A DNA stretch of 61,736 bases, filler included, from Choristocarpus tenellus KU-1152 (taxonomy: Eukaryota; Protista; Phaeophyceae): the NCBI GenBank assembly GCA_964200185.2. It is 9 parts of 9 records of this genome, joined end to end, with 100 filler letters (N's around TTAATTAATTAA, not from the genome) between each part and the next. Parts side by side here need not be neighbours in the genome. Positions count along the whole stretch, not along the records: positions 37,883 to 56,776 come from CAXNAD020000511.1; 8 more parts are not named here. One strand, given 5' to 3'. Positions 38,854 to 50,800 of this stretch are shown one piece after another (within the stretch, counting starts at the first letter, position 1; each line of letters starts with the position of its first letter). Made by a program: the position numbers and the translations under genes. The notes under the pieces were generated by a model. That model saw only the letters and a list, made by a program, of their open reading frames with translations, was not told the DNA's origin and did no database searches.

Positions 38854-41800
38854 GATGTTGAAGGGACTCCACTCCTTCAGGTAAATTCAGGCCCCAATGC
38901 CACAGCCAAATATTGGGGTGGCAGTGGTACAGCTGTATTATCCTTCTTGTACACTGTACAGGAAGGGGAAGCAACCACAGATCTCAACTACCAGGGGGAG
39001 GAGGGGTTGATGCTACCTGAGGGGAGTTCAATCAAGGTGCAAGAAGGGAGAGATGTTAGAGATATCCTTCCCTCCGTTGGCTTGTCTTGTATCTAGAAGA
39101 TATTTATGATTACAGTTGCAAAACGAGAAAATAGATTGAACATATATCAGCAGAGGTCATGACTAATTAAAATAGAGATAGGTGGGGCAGGGGACGGACT
39201 GAGTGTCGTGTTGAAATTTCAGGTGAGGACGAGTTCACAAGAGGATCTTTCTATCATTGGCAAGAGTTGGGTACAACAGTGTTCCCAGGTAGGGCTAAAC
39301 AAGCTATACGGAGAGGATAATTTCAATTTGAAGAGCACTAAGATAGGTATGTATGCTGCTTTTATCTCTCTCATTTACTATTCTATGTTGCGGTTGGTCA
39401 AGCTGCTCTTCACCCTCGTGTATAATAACAAGCTGATGGTCCTCGCTTCACCCTACCATTCCAATAGTTGGCCTCTCTCACCCACTCCTCAACAATCTTA
39501 TGCCGTGCCTAGATATAGCTGCGAGTGTTAATTCTCCCTCCCTCTCTTCATATATTGGTGCTCACACCCAAACAGAGCAGCACAACTACCGACTACCAGG
39601 TTCCGATGATCCTCCTCCTCGGAACAATGAACGAGACCGCATCATTGGCTTTCAATAAAGACATAGTGGTGGATACCTTACCGTCACATGTCCTCTATGT
39701 GACTTCCAGCAAGCTCAATGGTGAGAAATCATCGTATGAGAGTAGTATGGGAAGGAGGAGTGGGGTAAGAGACGTCAAAAGAGGGATTCAGTCATTCCCT
39801 ATGGAACTAAATTTTCTGTATCGCTACGCTTTTTTCAACCTTAATAGCTGACTACCCTTGAAAATACACAGGTGTGTCCAGTTGCCCATCCTTGATTATC
39901 TGCATCCATGCGTTTGCCTAGCAACCTGCTCAACCAATCTCCCAACCCATGCACCCCCTGGGATAGCTGAGTATGGTGCAGGCGAGGAGATCCCAGTTTC
40001 AGTCACCTTCTCCGCACCTGTGGTGTTTTTCTCAAGTGTATCCCTCTTCCTCGACACGGGACCAGACACAGTCTATGCCGAGTGCCCTTATGTCTCAGGC
40101 AATAACTCGGAAGTTGTGACCTTTCTGTACACAGTGGCAGAGGGGGATCAGTCATATGACCTTCACGTGTATGAGGGTGGACAGGGTGATGAGGAGGGCA
40201 CTGGAGGGGGACTTGTGGGAGTGGCACTCAGGGATGCCTCTACTCCCATTCAGGTGGGTCTAATATGGTTACACAAGAGTTCATATTTGACGCTATAATG
40301 CTATCAATCATGAAGCTATGGAGCTTCCTCAAGTGATTGTATACTTTGTGCCCAGTACATGCTAGCAGGTGTCCCTGTGTTTAGAATGGCTCAAAGTATC
40401 TGTGGGGGATGGGGGGGGGGGGGGTCTACACCAGGGTGTCCATTTGGGCCCTGACCAGGAGAAGTACACTTACATTATCCATCCAATGCATGCAACCAAA
40501 TCACCCAAAAATCGCGACATGGAAAAATGAGCCCCAAATAGACAGCCGCCACCCCCCACCCCACCCCCAGATCCTTTGAGCCAGTGTTTTCCACAGTAAA
40601 GAGTACACCCAAAGTCGGGAAGTTTCAGAAGGTCGAAATAGAGTCTTTGACGGAGGAAGTTGATACTCTTCATGCTCACTTTCCTCCACATGTGGTATGG
40701 GCTCACAGGATCTACATCAGTGGGACAATGGAATAATTTTTCAGTTTCCTCTCTTGGGTATTTGTTCAGTCTCCCCGGTGATATTGAGTGAAGAAAGAGA
40801 TAATCAATGTCTCGGCAACAATATGAAGGGGGTCTTGTTCGTCAGGAAACATGCTTGTGGCTGTATATGCATGCGAGTGTGAACTTTTGTAACAAGTGGA
40901 AGGCAATGCCGTCGCTTACAAGAAGGAAAGGGGGGGTAGTTCAAGCTGAAGAACACCAACAAACAAGTGCATTAGAGGTGTGAGAAGAACTGGAGTGCGT
41001 GGATACCTCAAGTCCGGATTGAACAAGGAAAGTAAATGAAGGCTACTGAGATTGGAAACCTGGCTCAATTGCTGAAATATTTTCGCAAGGGGACAACTTT
41101 TGCGGACATACTAAGGCCTTGAATATTCGGCCCTATTGTAGTCAATAGTAACCTCTTCGACCAAATACTACGGTAACTCTATAGTATCCCAACCAATGCT
41201 CACCCTTTCATCATGATGACCTTCACCTCTACCACACAATGCGTCCGTTTCACTCATGTTGATCTGTCACTGTAGGCTGTAGATACTTCTCTTCCGTCAT
41301 ATGGGAAAGATGGAAGTCTGGATGTGAACAAGGACATCATTATTGACACTACAACTCCTTATGTCCTAGCAGTGGTGCCATTGCGACAGGGTGTGTGCAC
41401 TGTGGGCCAGGAAGTTGACTTGCAGGTGATAATGGAAAACAGAGTTGGCATATGTGTCCTTTGCAAAGAAGAAAAGGAGAATCTTGGGGGGGAATTGTGT
41501 CAAGTGCACATAAAGGATGTAGGCTCATAGAGGAGGGTTGTGAAAAAGTGCTCTGACCCTATTAAACTACTGTAGTAGTTGAGCTGCACATATAAACAAG
41601 GTATATTCAGTCTATTGGAGTCTCGTACTTCTTTGATGTTCAAAATTCAGTTCATCCAAATCAGTTCCTTTCTCAAGAGGTTAAAATGTTATCACAGAAA
41701 AATCTTCGCCTTAAGCGTGACATGATCTTACTGCCCTCCGTTTTGGGTTCCACCATTGGCTTAAAAACTGGTAGGTCATCTACAACAAGCCGGTGAACGT

Positions 41801-44800
41801 AACAGGAACTCCACGATTGGAAATCTTCCTGAATTCGTTCAACACCTCCAATGCAACGTATGCCTACTATGACAAGTCATTTGACACCACCAGGTCGGGC
41901 TTAGCAAATGGGATGTAGTCCTTACTATAGAGTTAGGTTAGGGATATGAGTGGGAGAATGGTTGGCAAGTATTTGTGGCGGGATTCTCCGATTTTTATCC
42001 TACACTCAGTACTATGTTCTACTTTGTTTGGAGTCTCCCCTTCTATCACATCTCCCGTTCACATTGGTACCCTGTCCCTTGTCCCAAGAAGTTTGCGATC
42101 CTGCCAGTCTTTTCATTGAACAGGTGCCCACAATACTGTGGTTTCACCTCCTGCCTCTAACAATCACAATATTTCTGTATATCTTGTGTGAATGTTTGCG
42201 CATGGTTATGCAAACACAAACATTTTCAGAGTCTCTGAAAGGTACTTGCTGGAGCTCTAGAGCAAGTGTCACTCATCGAGTGGTCGACGTAGGAGTGGTC
42301 AGAGTTTTTCTGGTGACAAAACGCCGCCTTCCATTGAGTTCAAGGTATCAATACGCTGTGATGGTTCGTATATTTTGTTTCTGAAACCCACATTGCTCAA
42401 GTTTGTCCAGACTCCAAGCACTATAACCGATATAGTTAGAGCTCCCATCAGTACTACTTGAATTAAAAGCACAAGTGGTCAGATCGAGTACAATAGGTTT
42501 AGGCCTTGAACAATGCATAAGGAGACTTCAAAGTAGAAAAAATTACCTTAGGGGCCCTGAAAGGAAACATCTGATACGATGTACATCGTGGAGATGCCTA
42601 GGGGATCCAAAAAGGTCAGTGGAAGGTGCGCATGTGTACTACTTGGTGTACATCAAAATATCGACCATTGTGCTGATATTGTAGGAGATGCTCCTTTTTG
42701 GTGCCAAGTCCATTGAGAGGGAAAAGGAAAGGGGGATGGGAGAAACTAGAAGGAAGTAGGGAGCATTTGTAAAAGAGGTACCTTGTAGGGAAGACCACAA
42801 GCATTTATTCTATCATCAATGCTTTGCCTTGGTAAGATGTGAGTGCATATATCCCATTATCCCTATTACATATCCACTTTGTCACTCGTGCTGTTGCCTT
42901 CATGGATAAGTTTTGATTGTTTCTACCCCTCTGAAGTACATTGTAGCAGGCAATGATCTACATTACTCTACAGAGATAAAATCATTGCGAGTGTCATGCC
43001 TTTGCAGTGATAACGTATTTTACTTACAACACTACCTCTCTCCTAAACATCCTATTCCCTACAGCTTCACGCAAGGGGACAGTGCGCTTTCTTTTGTCTA
43101 CACTGTGCAGGATGGGGATGAAGTGATCTACTTAAAGCACACCAGCTCAGATGCCCTGGAACTGGTCCACAACTCCACCATCAAGCGGGCCTCCACTAAT
43201 CCCACCACTGATGCACTCATTAGCCTCCCCCCACCTGGGGCAGGTGAGATGGGTGCTAAGCATCAGGCCTGCTTATTGTGGAGACTTTTTCCACAATGTA
43301 TTCGACTAGCCACTCCCTTAATAATTAAAGGCGCCCTCCATTCAGATGGTGTTCATAAGGATGTTCGTCCATTCCCTTTCCTCTACAGGCATCGCCTATA
43401 TTTTCTGTTTTCTTCATAACCTGACATCAGTTGATACAGTTAAGCAATATGGTCGGGTTAGATTGCTCCATCTTTCCAAGTCTTTTACATACTTTTACCC
43501 TGGCAAGGCTCAATACAAGTTTGATTTCTTCAGTTGAAGTTGACACCACAGTTTCAATGTCAACCCCTGCCCTGGCCAGGTTTCAACGGCCTTCTCCAGG
43601 TTCACCGCCTCACACCTCAACATGTATTTGCTCCAATGCTGGATAATACTCTCTCAAAACAAACCTTGAGCTTCACTGACCTTTTGATATCTTCGAAAAA
43701 CTGATTCTGATGACAATAATATAAACTCTGATCTGATGTACAACTCCGGCTTAACCCAAAACTTGATCATGACCCTAACCCTGACCCCAATCTCTTGAGT
43801 GTGGCCCACAACCCCACCCTGAGGACACCTGATGCAGATACTCCTCGGAAATTGATTCCTCTTGCAAAACACAAAAAGTGACTATCATACCTCAAAAATC
43901 CTAGTACTCACCCCCCTACACGAACAATCCTCCTCTAAGGTTCCCTTTCAGAGTCTGTGACCAAAGCTGAGGTTGTCATTCGTGGCCTCTACCATGCCCA
44001 AGCTTCGGACCTGGAGCTGACTCTCATTCATCAGGAGCATTCGTGTACACTAACCTCTGCTACTGACACCTCCTTATCTTCACCATCCCAATCTGCAAAG
44101 AGCGGTGTGATATCTTCTAGGAGTGTTCTGCTAGGGGTGCCACCATACCGCCGAATGATGGACGGATTTGGCCCTGATCCGGGTGAGTCTTGATAGTCTA
44201 ACATCAAACTGCAGGAAGGGAGTACAGGAGGCGTAGTTACCGTTGAAGCAAGGGTGGAGAGAGGAAAGGCTATTGAAAAGGGAGAAAAACGAGTGACACC
44301 TTGAGCAAATATCATGCACCCGTCTGATCCCCAATTCCATCTGCCCTCTGACTATCAATTAGTTCAACTACTCTAAAGTCCCAGTACGTTCTTAAGGCAT
44401 TTTCTGCTTTGACATTATCTTTCAACTCTCAATCAATGCTGGTTCAGGAGCGGCTACAGGAGCAATGTCACAGCCATCATTCCATCACAGAGGCATGGGA
44501 TATGACTACGCATTTTCGGACACAGTTGGGGAGAACCTTGTGAGTGTACAAGTAAAGATATGAGTAACAGATGGCAAGGCTATAATCCATGTTGAGAATC
44601 TGCAAAATTTGCATGGTCGAGGCTTGATAGGATTATGAACATCGTGCCGCAGAGTAATAATGCAGAAGGTTACTGTTCAGCACAGCCGCAAGGCAGGAAA
44701 TCCTGTCAGAGGGGGATATGTCTCTCAGCTGATCCTGGTCTTAAGTGGGAATGTTGATCTGTTCCAGGAATCATTGAGATTAACGAAAGGATTTTACCTA

Positions 44801-47800
44801 CATAATTCACTGGCAAGTCATCCGTTCAAGTCATTTTCCGGCTCCTCACTGGATCCCAAATCCCTTTTCCACCGTGCAACAAACCATGCGATGCTTTTGC
44901 AAGGCCATACATGAGCAGGCTGTGACACGTCAGAGTTCAACCCTATTTAATGGCGTGTCAACAAATGCAGTGGATGGAGGATTGAGCCGTTTCTTTTCTG
45001 GCAGGTCCACAAGTTTGACTGACTATGAGGTCAATCCTTGGTGGCAGGTGGGGAGTATATATATATTGGAGGTGGTGCTGTACACGTTTTTGAAGTGATT
45101 TAACTTTTGTGCAAATATATGCACATGCACACACTTATGATCTCCAGCCAACGCAGATGAGGATTTTTTTTTAACGTTGCAAGGTATCATTCTTTTTTGC
45201 TTCATAAAATGATTTGCTTAGTTTCAGCCTTCCAATCCTAGTATCTTGTTCACCCATTTGCTTGGACCTTGTTCCTTCAACCACCATGCTCAACTTGAAA
45301 ATGGTTTGACTTAGATGATTCTGAGAGGTTAAAGACGGTAGATTCCAACATGTGATACCTGTTGCTAACCCTGTGTCTGACTAAGCACACCTTTCCCCAT
45401 ACCTGCCACATAGGCTATGTTCTCTGTAGGTAGACAACAATCAACTGGTATATCACAGTAGTGCCACGGTCAAGGGCTGCGCTCAAAGCAATCGAAGTCC
45501 AGCCCTTTCCATTCCATTGCTCCATATCCGTGAGGGGGGTATTGAGGGTGGTACTCTATGGTGCAATTTCTGAAACCATTGCACGTTGAAGCATGTGTTC
45601 CATTGTTTAGGAGGACAACGGCCATGTGTAGTGGAGAGCATATGCAGTGACCAAGACGAATAAGTGTCCCAAACTAGTTGACGGCAAATGTAATGGTTGG
45701 TTGGTGCGAGGGATCATAGACTGTTACTTCATCTGCAATCTCCATCACTGTGCACCTTGGGGCGTGTACATTATTTTCTGTCGACCAAATCTCTATAGTG
45801 ATTGTCGTCTTTCTGAAATTCTTCACTTGGAAGAGCTCCCATTGACTTCATTTCCAGTTGCTACCCAGTGATTGTTGTGGAAATAGGAATCTTCGACTCT
45901 GTCACATCCACTTGTGTTCTTTCCTCGACCCTTCACCGATCATGAAAAATCTCCTCCAGGACCTTTTGATGCTTATAGGGAGTCATCTGTAGCTCGTCCC
46001 AATCAAACGTTCCATGATATCTGAAGTTGTGCAGTTGCCCTCTGTTCCCATTTTGTTAGGTTACCCTTGCCAGTCCACACACACTGGGGTATATGCGGAT
46101 ATTTGGCCGTGCAGGAGAGATATCTCAACGTGAGATCCAGGTTGTGACCTTGCGTAGCAAGACCGAGCTTGCAGGCAGCTTCACACTAACTGTAACAGAC
46201 TCTCTTGGCAACTCAAGAACCACAGGTGACTAAATGGCCATACGTTTTTCATGATGAAAAAAGTCTCTGTGTGTACCAGTAGTGGTTTGCTTGGTTGCCC
46301 CTGAACCAACTACATAGGTACTGCAAAATTGGCACCCACTAGAATATAGTAACACAGAGAGGGGGTTGTGTATCCCAGGTTGTCCATTCGGGGCTTGATG
46401 GTGCGTTTAAGATACCCCAGTTTGATGCCTGTTTTTAGGGTGATTTTCCTTCGGGTTTGGTTCAGTCATGGGGATGGAAGAGAAAGGTATGTTCAGGTGA
46501 AAGAAATTGCCCTTCCATCTGATCCGTTCACTCAGATGACATGAAATTCACTACAGGTTCACAAAGGCCTCGGATGGAAGCTTGGTCCCCCCCTCTAGGA
46601 TGCTATGGGCCAATCAGTCGGCATAGCTCTGATTGTGTGCAAGAGACTGAGACAGTCTCTTCAATTGCAAGCTATTCAGTCCCCAAATTGTGTTGCAGAT
46701 TGCCCACACTGTACTTTATGAATCAAATCACTGGGTGGAGTAGTTGATCAAACTGTCAGAATACTCATGGAGTGTTCATGGATCTGAATCTTCAATGATG
46801 CCCACAATGCATCGAATTTCTAATAGGGCAGGAGTAGAAATCAAGGTAGGAACTGGTTCTAAGCAGTAATGATTTGGCAGTGCAACATAATGTGCTATGC
46901 TTCTATGCATATTGAAACCTAGAATTTAATTGAAAAACTTCAGATACATACTGGCCACCATCCTCTATGTGGATATGCAAAACAATACTACAAGAAGAGG
47001 CATGAACTACTTTGCTTGACATTTGTCACTTGAACGCCCGATATCTTCATTTGTAGAAGCAGCATCTGATACCTATGATGAAGTAGGACTTTCGCGCATC
47101 AATTTACAAAATCAATTCATGATTTGAAGGGACAACGGGTGTGCAAGCTTCAGTCTATACTCCCAATTGCGGAACTCTTCAATTCATCCAGCTGTCTCAC
47201 AGGCATAGCTCAACGTTTCAGTGGCCTACAGCTCATCAATCCACGAGCAGAACCAAACCTTTGTCAGGACTTCAGAAACCGAACCCAGTCCTATCTGGAC
47301 CTTTATGCTACGCTTATAAAGAGTGTAAGACCTTATAGCCAGAGATCAATACAATGGTATCTATGTGTTGTTGTAACATACATTTTAGATAGATGTACAT
47401 GGGGTCTGATGGACACTGAATACTCTACATATTGCTTCACGGAGAGTGCTCATAGCATTGACTCAAGCATGCACCTCTCCTGTTGATGCCCTGATACGTT
47501 CACACTGCTTAAGAATGCAGTTGTTGTGGTCCTTGTATACATTCCAAAATCACCTCATCAAACCCCAAGCACTCTGCAAACATCGCAAAGTTGTTTGGCG
47601 TACGCCAATATCTTGGTCCACAGTCTGAGCTGCTCTCCTAGCACCTCCCTTGACATCACCACCAGCAGCTCCACTCTCCAGCAGCACACCAGTCCTCTAC
47701 GGTTTCCCTGTCCCTCTTTTGTACAGATGAAATATACTACAATGCTGTTGGAGCATTATCTGAGGAGAGAGGAAGTGACAGCGGTACAGGGGTGGGAGAA

Positions 47801-50800
47801 TCGATGGAGTCAAAGCTGGAGGCGTTGTCCATCGTAGACTCGGTGGAGGTGTGTGAGAAGTCTGCGCACTCAGTCCACAACCTACGGGTCAATTTTGCCA
47901 TACCCTCTTCTCTGAGAAAACCACGGTACCCCTTAACTATTCTCTACACCAAATACTATGAACTAAATTATTTGGGGGTTCCTTCCAACAGTTGAGAAGA
48001 TCGACCAATATCTGCAAATAAGAGAAACAAACCTTTACTGTAAAAAACATTCTCTACCTGCTTCTAGAATCGAGCAGTGTTTCATGATAGTAGACACCTC
48101 TTTGTAGAGGAACTTTCGGCACATGTTCGAAACCTCTGCGTGAAGAACCAATATCAGAGAGCAAGTCATGCACATATTCAAATATTACTCCTAACCCTAA
48201 CCCTAACATGTAAATGACAAAGTGTCTGGCCCTATCTTCAGTAGCGCTTCGAAGTATACACCTTGCAATACATTTTTGTTTGTTCCCCACATATTTCCAA
48301 CCGCTCTAACCACATTCAGTCGAAGTAATTGAAAGGTAGGCAGGTTTGGACCCTTTTTTTGTATTCTATGCCATCTTTTTTTCTTACCCTCTTCAGTACA
48401 CTCTGTACTTCATCGCTTTACATGCACAATAGTGTACACATAATTGGCATCCCTCCTTCCCACACGAGAAGTGACATCTCAATCCAGCAAAGCCTCTACC
48501 TTTCTGCAGTTGCACAAAATGACACATTTTTGTCCTTTCTCGAGATTCTCAAAATTCAACCTTGCCTACCTCTCGTTTACTTCAGCATACCACCACTCAC
48601 CTCTAAGTCAGTGTAGAATTTTTTTTTGTTCAACTGATCGAGATCCAGGCCTCATCCTGCCACACCTTTTGTTTTTTTCTCTTGCCCCCCTCTGTTTTCT
48701 GAGGATCTTAAGGAGACAGCACAACAATAGTATTTGGATGACCGCTCTTGCCGTTTGATACATTCTCGCCTGTTGGCCAATAGCTGCAATCCCATTCCCC
48801 TCTGTAACAGCAAATATACAAAACTACCTCCACTGTAGTACAGTCGGCAGTACAACTTCAAATGTGTTGATGGAGACTTGGCTGCCACCGCAGGATAGGA
48901 CAAAATCAGTGATTGATGTCATGAAAAATGTTGTTGGTTGGCGGAATGCTACGGCAGTAAATTTTCATTCTAGGCTATACAAGCGGACAACTATAATCCT
49001 CCATGATCCACTAATGGTCATACTGTCCTGCAGACCAAACGGCTCCAACCGTTCTTATGCCACCAAAAATGCCTCTGGAATGGTTTGTGAATCCCAACAA
49101 TGATTCCCTGCAGACATTTTATTTTAAAAATTTATTTTTACTAACTAGTTGTTTTAAGTCAAATATTCTTTTTTCTTGCATTGTTTCCCATGGATTTCGA
49201 GCACATCAATTTGTGGGGTGATCAGATCGCGTCAGTAGCCTTGGTGTTTCACTTCTTAGAGGATAAGTAGGTGCAAAGGTGGTGGGGAGTAGATTCTCTC
49301 TCTCCCTCTCTCTCTACTCAAGGGCACGCTCACATATTTGTTCTCTTGTTGATATCCCTGAGTGCATGACTGAATAATAGGAGCTATGGCACTGTTTGGC
49401 TTAACTTTCTGAACTGGGTTGGAGTGACAAGATTAACAAGGAAGAGAGGATTACACTTTGAAGTATTGAGATATACACATGCAGATAGTAGTACATATAT
49501 ATACACACACATATATATACTGCATAATTGGTACAACAATCTCCACAGCTCAATCCCGAACAGGTAATGTCAATATACCAACACCCACCACAAGCTACAG
49601 GGTTTGTCTGAAAAACTGAAGATTGCCGTATCCACCTGTACACACCAGGTCAACCCACCTACACATCCATCAACCAGTCCTTCAACTTGTCGTCAATTGG
49701 TGACTACTGATCCCTGCCTTTTTGTTTTTCCCCCCTCCTCGGTCACTCATCTAACATTCTTGTCTTCCATCCTTCCCTTTGTCCAACTCTGAGCACACTT
49801 GAGCACTCACAAAATTCCATCCAATTGTTGATACGGATTTGAACTTGCTGCTCAGGTTGCTAGGTCAAGCTTGTTGTCCACTAATGTATATCAGCATACC
49901 TGGACAGTGACCTTCATTTCCCCTGCCGGTGATATACCTGCAATAAAATTGGGTTCAGATGAAGGACTCAGCAGCTATAGCAATGAGTTTATCTTCATGA
50001 CACTGGAGGATGGCACTGCAGCTGGAGGGTGAGAAAAAAATAAACCTCATGCATCTGGAGTGTAAGAGGGAATGAAATGAAGGAGCGACAGCTAGGGAGG
50101 TGGGAGAATAGAAGAGTGCTTGAATGCCCTCTAGGAAAGGGAGTAAAGAGGTCAAACGCCTCTTAAGTGCGTCATGAAGTCTCTCATTCGTCCATTTCCG
50201 CAAAGCCTTGTTGCAGAGAAGAGATGGCTGCACTTTGCCCATCTCGAACATTACACTCCATTACCAATGACACTTGATTAGAGTGAGCAGTTTCTGACAG
50301 TACGTGATAACATGCAAGTGTCTACTTCAAGTTCAACTCAACAGCGTGACCCCACTATGTGGCTCCCGAAAAAACGTACAGAATCTACTGGGGGGGGGTT
50401 ACCCACAATTTCAACGACGCACATGCCCCAGGCTGGGTCATGGTTTTCAACTCTTCGAGCAATATTGACAGGTGACAGAGTGCATCAACACAACAAAAGG
50501 GAGGTATAAACCCTTGAAAATCAAGGAGAATGGTGGAGTATCACAAGAAAAGTAGGAACAGATAATCCAATCAAAGAGAAGCATGGACAGGAGAGTAATG
50601 TAATTGAGCCCAGATCTATTGAATACAAGTGACTACATTAATTAGAGGTAAGATTTTGATTGATTGATTCCCGAGACATACCTTCAAGTGTTGGGTAAAT
50701 ACACACTTCAAGAGTGGCATATTTAGGATGTCCACCACCCTTTTGAAGAAATGCACACTGAATTGTACAATAGATCCGAGGAATTTGATACTAAGGACTT

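Noticed and set aside
43534-43579. Extra exon VEVDTTVSMSTPALAR in the giant gene
   Set aside because: Its exit phase does not match the next exon, and 43243 splices cleanly to 43940.
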